A DNA stretch of 64,000 bases from Balanoglossus misakiensis (taxonomy: Eukaryota > Animalia > Hemichordata), in assembly GCA_040954595.2 (NCBI GenBank), contig CM082580.2:4206783-4270782 (forward strand), written 5' to 3'. The notes beneath the pieces are model-generated. The model worked only from the letters and a program-made list of their open reading frames with translations, was not told where the DNA came from and made no database searches. A program made the position numbers and the translations under genes. The number at the start of each line of letters is the position of its first letter. The first letter of the stretch is position 1. Shown here in pieces: positions 28,028 to 42,100 of the stretch.

Positions 28028-28577
28028 ATAATCTTATAACGATACAAAAAATGTTATTTTCCTTACAGCCCTCTATAACTATACATAAGTACCGTGAAGA
28101 CAAATCTTAAACACAAAACCACACTACTTTAAATACAGAAATAGTGCACGCAGAGTGTAAATTAACAAGGTTAAAGAACAGTCCTTTTTATAAAAGGGAG
28201 TGGTAGTCGTCAAACAATTCCAATTCTGACATAAATCATTAACTTGCTCGTTCCAACTTAAAACTGTATTTACCCAGTAGTTTGTGAATTGAAAAGTTAT
28301 CAATATGAGTGTAGCTAGTCTGGTACTAGCCGTATTTTGTCCGCGTTGCTTCCAAGTCAAACGGATGGGTACTAGACTAGAGTGAAGCTCACCTTTTCCG
28401 AACGCGTATCGTATTTTCACAGTGTCGATTAAGATTTTGGCCTAATAGCGTACACGAAAGGGTAAATCTATGCTATGAAATTAAATGATAATGAAAATAA
28501 AAATTGGAATGAAAGTTTTAATTGGCGTCCGAACTTCGAACTATGTTGGGGAGGACAAATTTAACCTTCGCCTCTCA

Positions 28578-31167
28578 TATTCAAAACCGCGGCACAGAGC
28601 GATATCCATCCGCCATATGCAAATAAGCCGAAGTATAAAAGCAACGAGCAACGTACAGTATGTCCCTCCCTTGCAATAGGCCACGACAGCACGAACCATG
28701 GCTCAAACTGGTTCCGCAGTTCGAGCTTTTGTGGACTCACACCAGGACTCCGCCGAACTATCCGGTCGCCATCCAAGACCCGGTCCCGGTGGTGCCACAC
28801 CCCAGCAAAATGCTGCACCAAAACCAGCAAGTGGAGAGGCAACAGGCGTCAGCAGCAGTGTAACCAGGGTTAGTTTTCCCCCTTGTATGCCTCCGGTCAT
28901 TTCGGTTTTGATTTGCAGTTCGGTCCCCTGTTGTTGTTTTTTATGCACTACGGTTCACCACATTTCTCCCCTCGCGTTGTTTTTCGGCTTTCGAATTTTC
29001 TTAGTGCAGGTGGAAGGCCAAATCACCAATTTGAAATTCCGCCACCTGTTAGGCCTGACACCACCTGTTTCGCCAATTGAAAAAACGAGAAAAAAAAACG
29101 ATGCCTTTCCCCTACGTAACAGGCATGGTAGAACTGAATGGAGATTGTATTTTATTTTCTATGCAATATGCGTCGAATACTTGGAGTTACAGGAGTGAGC
29201 GGCAGGCCAGGCAGTGTGATATACTGCGAGAGCGCCAACATTTGTTTGTTAAATAGAGCTGGGTGGGTTATACCCATGAGTGCCAAGGAGACCGGCCAGG
29301 CAGTTCATCCGGTGATGACTGCGAGAGCGCCGAATTATTGTGGCTGAGGCCAAAGGAAATACATAGGCTCGAGGGAGGAGCAATGTGAGCGGTCATTTAC
29401 GTAGCAGACGCATGTTCGCCTTGAATTTGCTGATGCCTATGTAATGAGGCGCTCGCCCTGTAAACAAAAGGGGAGTCTTCAGTACGGGAGAGCAAGTATA
29501 CTTTCCACCCGTGGTAATGGGCAGAGAAGTTATTGTATGTGTACGTTTACTTGTATTGCAGAAAGGGGAGTTGGAGAACCTAAAGAAGCCAGGTAAAAAA
29601 AAACTGCAAGAATTGACAGAAACCGCATCGCCGCACTGAGAAAAGAAATAAGGATGAACTAGTCACATGCTTTGTCTGCGGTGAGAAAGGGCATGTTGCC
29701 AGAGCCTGCCCAAAAAGAAAGTAGTATACCCACATTGCTGTGTTTTTTCTCTCTCTTTGCTCGTTTATATTTATTCGTCACAGCAAGTAAAACATGGGTT
29801 ACTCATCCACGTACACGCATGCACACTGTACTAACACGCATACTTCTCTCGGTCGCCTGCACACTAATAGACGCCTTCATGCACACCCACACAATCGCAT
29901 ACTTTCGACCAACCGCTCGCACCATAGACGGAACGCATTCACGCATATAAATACAGACGCACAAAACATGCCTGAGCAACTCAGATGGAGCAAACGCTAC
30001 ACGGACACCCACACTTAAGAACTTGCTGTGATGCTTTGATAACTTGAAATGTACGAAAAGTCTGGTTTGCTTACAACCCTCCGTGACAATTAAAAGGTTG
30101 TCTTGAGAATAAAATAAAAGAAAGAAAGAAAAAAAATGCTTTTATATCTCGCCTTCCTAGATTGACCCCACTCAACCAGTAGTGGATATCCCGTGTTTAT
30201 CATACACCAAACATCGCCCCGAACGCAGGGAGGACTAAAACAGTCCTTTGCATTCCACGCAACCTCGCCTTACTGAGGTCCTGTCTAGGGGCTCCCTCAA
30301 GAAAACATTTTACATTTAGTAGCCCATAGTCTTTATCTATTCTTTTCTGTTCACTCCCTACGCATGGGAAGTCGGCCCTGAGGAACTTCCAGTCGCCAGA
30401 AAGTCATACACATGGGTATCTCTTGAGGGCGCCCCTCGACAGGAGACCCGTTATCAATGTCGATGAGGTTCGTAAATCCAACAAGAAAGTGTCGCCCGCA
30501 CTACTATCATTTAGAAACCCACATGAATTTGTCGCCGGGGGAATTCATAAGCACAGGGAGGTGTGGAACGACGAAAAGCAGTACACAAAAAGATATGAGA
30601 ACCTCAATGATTTAATTGGATTTTCAAAGGCTTTTGTTGTGGGTGTGTTTGTAGTGGTAACTTGTTTGTTACTTGGTTTGACTGTATTTTAAGGATTGGG
30701 GGGATACCCAACTCGGTAATAATGGGCTCAAGCACGAGGAGAATAGGCTTTGCGTCCGGATGCGCCTCCAAAAGCCCGGACCCATTCCTTTAACAATAGG
30801 CATATCCATGAGCGAGGTGATGCGGCTTTGAATACTTAGTTATTCAAAACCGCGACACAGAGCGATATCCATCCGCCATATGCAAATAAGCCGAAGTATA
30901 AAAGCAACGAGCAACGTACAGTATGTCCCTCCCTTGCAATAGGCCAAGAGAGCAGGGCTATGTGCGTAAACGGGACAGGGTGGGGATTTTATATGACCAG
31001 CCCCCTCGGTAAAATCCTTTGCGAATGTATTCCCACCCGCCCTCCCACTTTTTTCGAATATAAGAGTTTTACACACTTCGCTATGGATGCGCCTCCAAAA
31101 GCCCGGACCCATTCCTTTAACAATAGGCATATCCATGAGCGAGGTGATGCGGCTTTGAATACTTAGT
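28578..31167 (+). mobile_element. Non-autonomous tyrosine-recombinase retrotransposon (Ngaro/PAT-type split direct repeats)
   Basis: A1 28578-28683 matches A2 30841-30946 (106 bp, 1 mismatch). B1 30758-30840 matches B2 31085-31167 (83 bp, identical). Order is A1...B1A2...B2 with no TSD. Remnant peptide FRNPHEFVAGGIHKHREVW at about 30510-30566 resembles the segment N-terminal to the RT of DIRS-group elements. Confidence 0.75.
28617..28640 (+). promoter_or_regulatory. Octamer + TATA motif in repeat A of the split-repeat element
   Basis: ATGCAAAT at 28617-28624 and TATAAAA at 28634-28640. Both recur in A2. Confidence 0.4.
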
Positions 31168-32554
31168 AAGTTAGCATCGGTGGGGGGGGGGGGGCAAGTA
31201 CGTATACTCTGCCTGGAACACCAGGCAATACATGAAAGGTGTGGAAGAATAAACATTTTGTAATATAAAGAGCTCGAAACCACATTTGTGTGGACTTAAA
31301 AGCAATTTTTAGTCCCTAAAGTTGGGGGGGGGGGGGCAAAAGTATATTTTTGCCCTTCCAACCTTAACACTGAGAAGCGAGTGATCAATTTCATTATGAT
31401 ATTAACCTGTTTCAATGGAAATTATGGGGAAATGATTTAAAGCAAAATTCACGAACGACTACCTAGTCTAATTTTACAAGCAATCCATACAGCACCACCG
31501 CTGATGTGTCTTTGGTGGACCATTCCAGTTCATCATTTGTGAAATAGGGATCTATTGTCGTTGTACTCCTGACTGTATGTCTACCAATTTGGTATGATCC
31601 TGGTCTAATCCATACTTGAAAGGCAACTTTCGCACTGTATGTGATATTTGTGACGCCGTCTGTCCACCTTTAAAGATGAAAAAATAGTTGAGTGAATGAG
31701 TAATGATCACAATGCTGATTCCGAACATTCAAAACAATTTGTGAAATGAAGCCATATAAAATGCTCAGAAATATATCATATTTCTAGTCGCAACAGTGTC
31801 ACAAATGCATCGTCACGTAAAATAAATTGATTTGGTATGAATAAATTGCCTTTTACAAACGAAATGCAAAACCAACCGAGTGGACTACAGAATTTAATAG
31901 AACTTTATGTCAAATTTTACCAGAATATCCAGAAAACATGGTCAACTAGTGACAGAGCTTCATCAATTTTCAGGTTTCAAATGAAATTTTCCCCGCGTAT
32001 AGACAAATATATCAACTACCACATATCAATTTTACATTGTAAAATTCCACTGCTCAAAAGCGTGGTTCTTCTTGGGTCCAAGGTAATATGTTTACATGCA
32101 ATCGTTTATTTTGTCATTCCATGTGGACGAAACTTTAAAAACATGCTCTGTCTCATAGATTATTATCGCAAACACTCTTCACCTGCAAGAATTGGCATAT
32201 GCGCCGTGAGCAGCATATTTAATGCTTGGAGTAACAAAAACTTGATAAATGTCAAAGCCATCCGGTTTCCACGTGTCACTGAAATGCCCCCATTTTGGTC
32301 GTATGACCTCCCCGGTGGCACTAATATGACCTGATGAAAAAAACAAAACAAATTATAATACACGTCTTTCATGAAACTGAATATAGCATTTGCATATTTG
32401 GTATTGATTCAAATGACAGGGTTGCTGTTGCAATTACTATGATGAAAACCATTTGACAAGTGATTTAAAAGGGACATTTTTTATAATGATCTTTTTGAGA
32501 TATCAAGCATACATTGAAGACTTGCATAATAATGTAGTCAGTGTACAAAAAATG

Positions 32555-32862
32555 TTATAACACACCATGCAGCGAACCCTCGATCGTGATTCGTCAATAC
32601 GACGTCACGTGACATTAGTCATTTCGAACTGTTGCCTAGGGCATCAGTTCGATCGGTTTGGTGTGTTATAAAACACATGATGACTGACATATTCGGGCAA
32701 CAGTGTATTTTTAATGACCTCGGGACTGCCAGTCACACCAAAACAGTCTGTTTCCCTCGGGCTATGCCCTCGGGGAAAACAAGACTGTTTTAGTTGTGAC
32801 TAGCAGCACCCTCGGTCATCAAAATACACTGTTGCCCTCATTGTCAGTCATCATGTGTATAA
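32555..32862. mobile_element. Double fold-back (palindromic) element
   Basis: TTATAACACACCA...TGGTGTGTTATAA (32555-32671), then ACACATGATGACTGAC...GTCAGTCATCATGTGT (32673-32858) with extensive internal pairing. Confidence 0.7.
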
Positions 32863-33231
32863 TGATTCATGATCTAAGTGTAAACATGCCACTTTTGCTG
32901 AAGTGTATGGAAAGAAATAATTTTGTAATTGACCTGTAAACAAAATGCATCATTCTAGCTATACCAACATACCAATATAAATTGTCACAGTGTATGTAAC
33001 AGCCATTAACCTTATCTACATGAAAGTCCCCGTCAATAGAGATCTCCTTACAATCGCCCCATATGATCTTTAACCTAATGTAACAGTGTGCATTTAGACA
33101 TGTCCCACTTCACTGTTATGACTAGTTTGATTAAAAATACTTATGTCTAAAACCTCCGTCGAATGTTTAATCTAGTCTATCTACAAGCAGAGTGAAGTTT
33201 GTTTACAGTTGACCAGTGTTAAAACATGCAT

Positions 33232-34023
<792 letters not shown>

Positions 34024-35170
34024 ACAAATACATCCATAATTGAAATTGACTTGACCTACCTGGAACATTTAATACTTCGTCCATAAACCGTCTGCACCTT
34101 TTATGGTAATAACAGTTTGCATTTGTACTTCCCATCTTAGCAAGGGAGAAAAAATACATTGTACAATGTTGTCAGGTGTTTGTGATAAAACAAAAAATCA
34201 TTACTAAATTATGTTTATGTTCTGGTGTTTTTTGAAGGAATTTCCGAGCTGTATGCGAGTACACATAAGTTTTACAAAATGAAATAAATTTATGCCTAAT
34301 TTTGTAACAAATTAGCTTTTTTCAGTTTTTAAAGTACAATGACTTTTACTTTCAGAAAAAAATGAACCTATAGTGTTGTCCACTGGAGGTGCCTGCGAAA
34401 AATTACAAAAAAAATTATCCTGACACTAGGTCATTTGTTTGGCATGAAACACCTGGCATGGAGGAAGTCAGTATATGCTGCAAATGTACACTATTTATTT
34501 CATGTTTTGTTATGTTGACCTACAAGTCTTTCTATCAACACAATTGATAACATGGAGCCGCTTATAGAAAAGGATTGTGTGCTAAATGTGGTATCCTATT
34601 TTTTCACATTTTAAAGTGATAACCCAAACTGTGTTGAAGATTTGTTGTCAATTATCTACGTTCGGTGCCAGAAAATCGGAGTTGTGACTGAAGTCTTCAT
34701 TTATTGTTCTGTTGGACTTTTCAAGAAAGTACTCTTATTTAATTGGGATTCTCCGTGTATGTGCCATCGTAATTTAAATGACCGAGAGCTATCGTATGGT
34801 ATTCTACTCGAACTCGTCGGAGTCGTATAAGTTTTCTCCCTAACTGTTGCATATTATACATATATCTGACAAAATTCAGCACCGCCGTTTGTCACGTTTA
34901 GTTTGATGAACTCCTGTATATTCACCTGTAACTGGTCACTCTCACTTTGACAGTTCAAATTTTGTAAATAGTTACAATCTTTCTTTTAATAGACACCCCA
35001 TCTTTGTAAGTAAAGCCACGTGAGTACAGTTTTGGGAAATTATCATGAAACCTATTTTCAAACTGTACTTATATTATGGCACACAGATGTATGCTCTGAA
35101 GTATATACGAGTATTAAAACGCGAAATATGAGTGCATATGCCAATTTAAACCAGACAAATAAAAATAGCT

Positions 35171-35300
35171 TTAAAACTGAAGAGGTCCCAAAATGTAACC
35201 TTGTGGAACACCACAAACAACAGGTAAAGTCGTTGATTCCTCACCCATGTAATTGACAAATTGACAATGGTAATATGGTAATAAGGACCTCGGAAAACGG
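35171..35300 (-). pseudogene. Decayed LINE reverse-transcriptase fragment (CR1/L2/Jockey-like)
   Basis: QFVNYMGEESTTLPVVCGVPQGYILGPLQF resembles the RT motif QxV...S..L.V..GVPQGSxLGPxLF. Followed by a stop. Confidence 0.65.
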
Positions 35301-35343
35301 TAGCAAGTTCGCTGACGGAGTGAATTTTTTGAGTGCTCCTTTA

Positions 35344-36144
35344 GGCTGCATTCACAAACACCTCTGGAGGGGGGGGCGGGAGAATTCAATTTTTTTTACC
35401 GCTAATTTTCACATGCCCCCCTTCCGAACTGCCAATATTTTCAAATCCCCCCCCTTCCGAACTGCCAAAATTTTGAAATCCCCCCCCCCATTTTCTTTCA
35501 CAGAGCAAAACACATCACCTATCTATCTTGTAAAAAGAAAAACAGCGCTCCCATGAAAAGAATTTGAAACTGATGTTTCCCCTCATCAGTGGGTATTAAA
35601 ACTGAACATTGTTTTTATTTTTTAAGTACATATATTTGTATTCTGTGTTGGGAGACATTGTAAACTGAGAATTGAAGGGGGTGGGTTTGGGAGGGGGTGT
35701 CCCCCTCCCACGTAGAAAATTTTCTAAAATACAGAGCTCAAAGCTGCATTTTAATGAACCCGGCAAAAGCAAATTAACTCAACTACCGGTATGTTGGGGA
35801 GGACAAATTTAACCGTCGCCGCTCAAAGTTATCATGGGGTGGGGCAAGTCCCCTGACCTGGGACACTAGATAAACTAGTCAATGATTGAAAGGTGTTGAT
35901 GAATGGAGGGGGTGGGTGTGGGAGGGGGTGTCCCCCTCCCACATTAGAAAATTTTGTAAAATAAAGGGCGCGAAACTGCATTTTTGTGGACTCAAAATAA
36001 ATATTTAGTCGTTAAAGTTTTCAAGTCCCCCCCTTTCAGTCCCTAAATTATTTCAAATCCCCCCCCTTACATACCCTTAATTTTTTCAAATCCCCCCCCT
36101 CAATTCTCCTGCCCCCCCCTCCAGAGGTGTTTGTGAATGCAGCC
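35344..36144. mobile_element. PIF/Harbinger-type MITE (801 bp)
   Basis: TIR of about 30 bp (GGCTGCATTCACAAACACCTCTGGAGGGGGGG) at both ends and a TTA target duplication (35341-35343, 36145-36147). Confidence 0.9.
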
Positions 36145-36547
36145 TTAGTCCTTGCTGATATGCGGATTGGCTTATCGCCTTAGGGCGTAGTCTTATATTA
36201 CGCACGCAGAGGTAGTGTAGCTAAGGGTCGACAGCTCACTTTTATCTATCTGATATGGTGATTTTACACACTGGTGTGTCGGATTTTTTAGCGACCTCTG
36301 AAATGTTAAAGTCGTGTGTAGGCTATGATTGACATCTGTCGATTGCCCGCTGCGATATCTCTGTAGTGACACGGAAATTTTGCCAATTTCTACGATTTAC
36401 CACGACCTTATGTCAGACCTACCCTACTCAAACAAATTGTCGTGTAAGTATGCACATATTGTGTCTAAAATAAAGGTGACGTGTGATTTGAGCTACAACG
36501 ACCGTTTAATAAACCGATTTCAGGGAGCGAAAGAACATGTAAACACG

Positions 36548-36924
36548 TCCGTGAAGTACGAGCGTGAAGTTGGCCTCATCCTCATCCTCAGCCTCAACCT
36601 CAGCTTCGCCAGCCTCACCCTCATCCTCATCCTCATCCTCAGCTTCGTGACCTCAGAAAGATTTTAAAATTATCGTGAATTTCGGATATCTGATTTGATC
36701 TAAAAGAAGCGAAAGCGATATAGGTAAAGTAATTAACATGGGATAGTCTAAATAATTGATTGGATTTCTTGTTTTGACTCTATTTGTTCTATTTGCCGAT
36801 CGTTTGGATAATTTTGATGTTTATCTTCCTGGGGTCACGCACGGTCACTCCAGGTCACGAAGCTGAGGCTGGGTCACGAAGCTGAGGATGAGGCTGAGGA
36901 TGAGGATGAGGCCAACTTCACGGA
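36548..36924. mobile_element. MITE with (CCTCAT/CCTCAG)n-containing TIRs
   Basis: CGTGAAGTTGGCCTCATCCTCATCCTCAGCCTCA ... TGAGGCTGAGGATGAGGATGAGGCCAACTTCACG. Confidence 0.75.
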
Positions 36925-37429
36925 AACAAAATACTGTATCAAAAGAAATTAAATAGCCAACATAATATCAAAGGGGACAGACTCCATCATATACTGTAAA
37001 GAGCAGATTGTGATAACGTACAATGAAAAGAATTTCCGCTGTAAATGTTCGCGAACTTGTTTCACTTTCGGCCATGTCAAAACTGTATTTTGAGTTATTT
37101 GTTTACGAGTTCATAGCGCTGGCGATTCTAATTGCAACCGACTGGAGGTGTGTGTAGTAGTCAAACGTGGGGCAGAGTCAAAAGTTTGATTAATATGAAC
37201 ATTTTCAGTAAGTTGCTAGCTCAACGTATCCTCGGGTTCGTATGCGCTCGAGAGTTAATGCATGATATTGTGTCCCCCACCCCACGGACACACGCAAACG
37301 TTTTCCCATTCGTATAATGCGATGTGATTCAACGTCACGAACGCTTGGGATAATGAAACTAACACACCCGCTGATGAAACAACAGTTGTTAACCTTTCCA
37401 TACACAGTTGAACGCATGTTTTAAGTTAA

Positions 37430-37776
37430 AGGGACAAAGTCTCCCTCTCGCTGCCCTTTTTCCATTAATTATGTTTGATGCAAGACACCATTTATGTTAT
37501 TCTACATGCAGATATATAGTGAATGAACGTTCAACCTCACTTACTTTCAATCCCACTTGTAGACACGCGAGTGACAAAAACTCGCCAAAATGAATAATCG
37601 TTCTCTACCATTTATTCATTTTGAGCGAGTTTTGACTCTCATATCATACAAGCGGGATGGGAGTTGTGTGTGGTCGAACGTTGATTCACTATATATGCAC
37701 ATGTAGAATAACATAAAGGGTGCCTTGTAACAAACATAATGTATGGATAAAGGGCAGGGAGAGAGACTCTGTCCCT
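37430..37776. mobile_element. Kolobok-like palindromic MITE
   Basis: TTAA|AGGGACAAAGTCTCCCTCTCGCTGCCCTTT ... AAAGGGCAGGGAGAGAGACTCTGTCCCT|TTAA, with TTAA TSD. Confidence 0.8.
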
Positions 37777-38558
37777 TTAAACAGTTGAACTTTAACGCTA
37801 TAGACGCATGCGTGAACTTGAATACTCACCGGAGGAATTCACTTTGGTCGTCCTTATTACAGCAAAGTATTGTTGAAATTTACTTTATTTCTTCTGTAGT
37901 TGAAATGGCGTAGATAGTTTGTGTTGATCGCATAATTTTTCCTCGAAACAAATTATTTTTAGCATGGGTTTTTTTACAATGACGTCATAACATTGTTTAT
38001 CACGATGGCAATCATATATTTTCTCAGTAAACCATTGTTTTTAACGCGGGAGTTTACAATGGCTTAAAACGAAACAAGAAAATATTTGATTTAGATCCAG
38101 TTTGTTGCTGATTGTTTTTGTTAATGTGAGGTGTGATTGGCATTCAGGAAAATTATTCTCCGACTCGTGTCCATATAAAAAAAGAGAGTTTACCGGTACA
38201 TGGAAATTTGTTATGGGAACCCGCCTACATGTTCTGTCAATCGTGACAGGTAAGATTTTCACCAGTCCTGTCATCTGCGAAGATTCAACAAGTTCCGATT
38301 TGGTGTAACTTTCGAGTTAGAGATCTCGCGCACCCCTGCCTCAAGATGGCGCCCCTGAGCACCTCTTGATTGACGTTCGGTGTAGTCTCGGTTACCCAGA
38401 CTCTCTTACTCTTTCTCTCGTCTTCAGAGGGCGCTGCGCGAGAAAGAGAGTCTGGAATCACTGCAGGTTAAATTTTCCGCGCCGGAAGCGTCTTTTACTA
38501 ATCGAGCGGTGCACCCTGGATCCAATAACAAATCGCAGGGAATAGAGGAATGAATCGT

Positions 38559-38581
38559 GTTGCTGTTGTTGTTGTTGTTGT

Positions 38582-38656
<75 letters not shown>
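38559..38656. repeat. (GTT)n-(GAT)n microsatellite at the 3' end of the Tx1 element
   Basis: About 25 TGA units immediately adjacent to the LINE 3' end. Confidence 0.95.
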
Positions 38657-38763
38657 CTTTTGAAAATAATCCTTTATTGCGTAATATAAAAATTATTTAC
38701 ACTTTATTGAAATGCAAAAGAATTCAAAAATTCAGACTAAAATAATTCAAAGTGAACATTGTT

Positions 38764-38940
38764 CCAGGGTTGAAGGATTTACAACTGATACATAGTCCAG
38801 GGTTGACGGCAGAGAAGTATTGCAGGGTTGACGGCAGATACATGTATGTACTGCAGGGTTGACAGCATAGATGTATTACAGGGTTGAAGGCCGAGATGTA
38901 CTGTAGGGTTGACGGCAGAGATGTATCCTAGGTTAGACGA
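38764..38940. repeat. Degenerate minisatellite (units of about 25-32 bp) in the Tx1 3'UTR
   Basis: Seven or more units with core CAGGGTTGACGGCAGAG. Confidence 0.8.
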
Positions 38941-39135
38941 CAGGAACGTCACAGCAGTAATGAGGCTGAAATGAGAAAAAAGTGTGTATCCCTCTGACGA
39001 ATGGGCGAACCATGTTGGGATGGTTCCCGTGAGGAGTACGGAGCCCAAACCCAAACGTCAGCATTGTAGCCTATTGCTCCAATGAAAGCGTGTGTGTATG
39101 TGTTTATCATTATTACACAGAACTAGTACAAGTGA

Positions 39136-42100
39136 TTACGATAAAATTGTAGCAATGTTTAAGTTTCCTTCATGAACTGAAGCCAAGGCATTATTGATGC
39201 ACCACATGTTTATAAAGACGTCAGTTTTTGAGCAGTTTCTGTAGTAGGTAAATTCATTGATTAATCGAGAACGTACACGGACTTTAAAGAGATCGACAAG
39301 GGAAAAGCTTTGGTTAGAGATTCCTTCGGTAAGAGCTATGTGACGGGTAATATGAATTGAAAGTTTAGCAGTAACAAAAAGAAACATTAAAAGGGGGCTG
39401 GTATGTTTTGTAACATCTTTGTTACAGACTGGCCCTAAAATGAACCACCAATAAGGAATTTTGCACACAGTACCCAGGATGCGTTGACACAAGGTACGAA
39501 TGATCTTGAAAAGAGGATTTAACCGACTACACTCGAGAAAAATATGGAGCAAGTCGTCTTTGGTTTGACAGAAAACACAATTTGGGGTGGGGGCATAATT
39601 ACAACTAAACATAAAAGTACCGGTAGCATATGCGCCATGCAGTATGCGCCACTGCAGGTCACCGTGTGATTTTGGAATAAGTCTAGTGTAGCACAATTTA
39701 AAATCAGGTTTAATACTGTCTGGCAGGGACAAAACATCTCTCCAAACTGTATCCTGACGATTGGGGAGATTATTACACATAGAAACATTAATGAGAAATT
39801 TGTAAATTTCACCTTTTTCACTTTTGTATAATGGGCAGTTGAGGAGGACATCGGGTTTCGAGTATACCAACTCAAACAAGTAAGAGTACTCGTTGGATCT
39901 AGTGTCTGAAATGCCCTTAAAAAATTTCCTAATTTCCTTTATCCAATTAATTGGTAAGGAGCTATGAATAGTTTGAAGAGTGCGGATAAAGATCCCCATA
40001 GAGTGAAATTGAACTTTGTCTTTAAAATAATCTGCTGTGTGCCACATCTTTCTGTCAATATTAATTAGGTCCGCGACCTTGGTAATGCCAGCATCAACCA
40101 GATTTTGAACTATGGTAGTTTCATGCCCAACAGAAAGTTGAACCAGGTCATTATAGAAAAGAGGTTCGTTAAGAATATCACAAATAGCTGTGGGATGATC
40201 TTTCCTAAGTCTTTTAATCGAATTCCATGTTTTGAGGAGATCACGATAAAATAAAGGCAAAGTTCCTGGTATCGAAGGAATTTCAATTGCAAGAAGTTGA
40301 GCGCCATAATCTAGAGCACGGACTGTTTTAAAATAGTATCCCAAGAAAGAAAACGAAGGATGATCCAGGGAGGAATGGAGAAACCTCTGCAAACGTTGCA
40401 AGCGGATAGCATTGATCCGAACAGGAAGACAAACGAGGTTTTGACCCCCACTTTCAATGCGAGCATAAAGTAAGTGAGCTGGAAGCCAGTGCCGGCCTTG
40501 CCAGAAGAAATCAAGAAAAGTATTTTGAATATATGAAATGATATCAGGGGGAGGAGATAAACAAACTAGTCTATGAAACAGTTTAGTAGCAGCCAGATGA
40601 TTAATAACAATTACACGCCCCCGGTATGACATAGCTTTTACAAACCTTGACCACCAAGAAAGCTTATTATTGATTTTGCGAACACAGTCGTCCCAATTTT
40701 GTTGAAAGAACTCATCCGTATTCCCAAGGTAGATACCAAGAATTTTAAGCCCTCTACTGTTCCATTTGATTCCCAAGGGGTGGTCAGTTCTACCTCGCCA
40801 TCTTCCAACCCACAAACCTTCAGATTTACCATAATTAATATGAGCATTGCTCGCGTTTTCATAACTACAAAGCCACTGGCGCATTTTACTGAAGTCAGAA
40901 TTCTTAGTGATCAAAAAGCTAATATCATCTGCATATGCAGAAAGTTTACACTTACGATCATTGCTTTTGGGGATAGTAATCCCCAAAATATTGGTTTCAG
41001 ATCTAATTTTATGTAATAAAGGTTCAATACAAATAGCATAAAGTTGTCCTGATAAAGAGCAACCTTGTCTTATACCCCGTTGAAATTGAACTGGACCAGT
41101 CAGGGCGCTATTGACACGAATGACACTTTCAGTGTTAGTATACAAAAGATCAATGTATTTTATAAAAGTTTCACCAAAACCAAAAGCTTTGAGTGCTCTG
41201 AGAAGATAATTATGGTGAACCCTATCAAACGCTTTTTCTTGGTCGACAGAGAGAATACCAAGGGGAAGATTAAACTCATTATGGTAGTTAATACAATCTC
41301 TAATCAGGTGAATATTGTCAAAAATCTGTCTGCCTGGAATAGTGTAGCTTTGATCAAGATGAATAACATTGTGTAAAACACCACGGAGACGAATGGACAA
41401 GGCTTTCGTAAAGATTTTATAATCAGAACAGAGTAAGCTGACAGGCCTCCAGTTTTTTAGTAGTGTGTTGTCACCTGGCTTTGGTATAAGCGATATTACA
41501 GCTCTCCGACATGAAGTTGGAAGAAAACCTTCTTTAATTGAGGCATTTAACATTTCATGCAAGTCTCTCCCGAGACTAGACCAGAAAGTTTTATAAAACT
41601 CAACAGGGAGACCATCAATACCAGGTGTTTTATTAGTAGAAACATAATTCAGAGCGTTTGTAAGCTCCTCGAACGAAATAGTGTCGTCACAAAGCTCAAC
41701 ATTTTCCGGGTTAAGTTGTGGCAGATCCTTAAGAATAGTTTCTTGATCATTGTAAGAAGTAGGGTCTGGTGTATAAAGCTTCTGATAGAAATCACGAACC
41801 ATGTTGCGAATTTCAGCTTGGTCTTCAGTTAAGGTTTGATCGTGAAGCCTAAGCTGAGTGATATTTTTACGCACTCCTCTATGTTTCTCAAGTGAGTAAA
41901 AGAAATGAGTGTTAGCGTCTGCTTCATTAAGAAGCTGATGTCTGGAACGGATAGCAGCTCCTCGAGTCTCAGTTTTTATCAAATTATCAAGAATCTCCTT
42001 TTGTTGCTGATACCTAGCATTCAGGTTAGGCTGTTTATCAATAATACGCTCAATTTGTTCAATTTCATTAACAATATCCTGTTTCATACGTTTGTAGTTG

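Noticed and set aside
28698-29198. 166-aa ORF inside the split-repeat element
   Set aside because: No recognisable domain. It may be a gag remnant but cannot be supported as a CDS.
38764-38940. Repeat-spacer-like pattern resembling CRISPR
   Set aside because: Eukaryotic LINE 3'UTR minisatellite with short related spacers and no cas genes.
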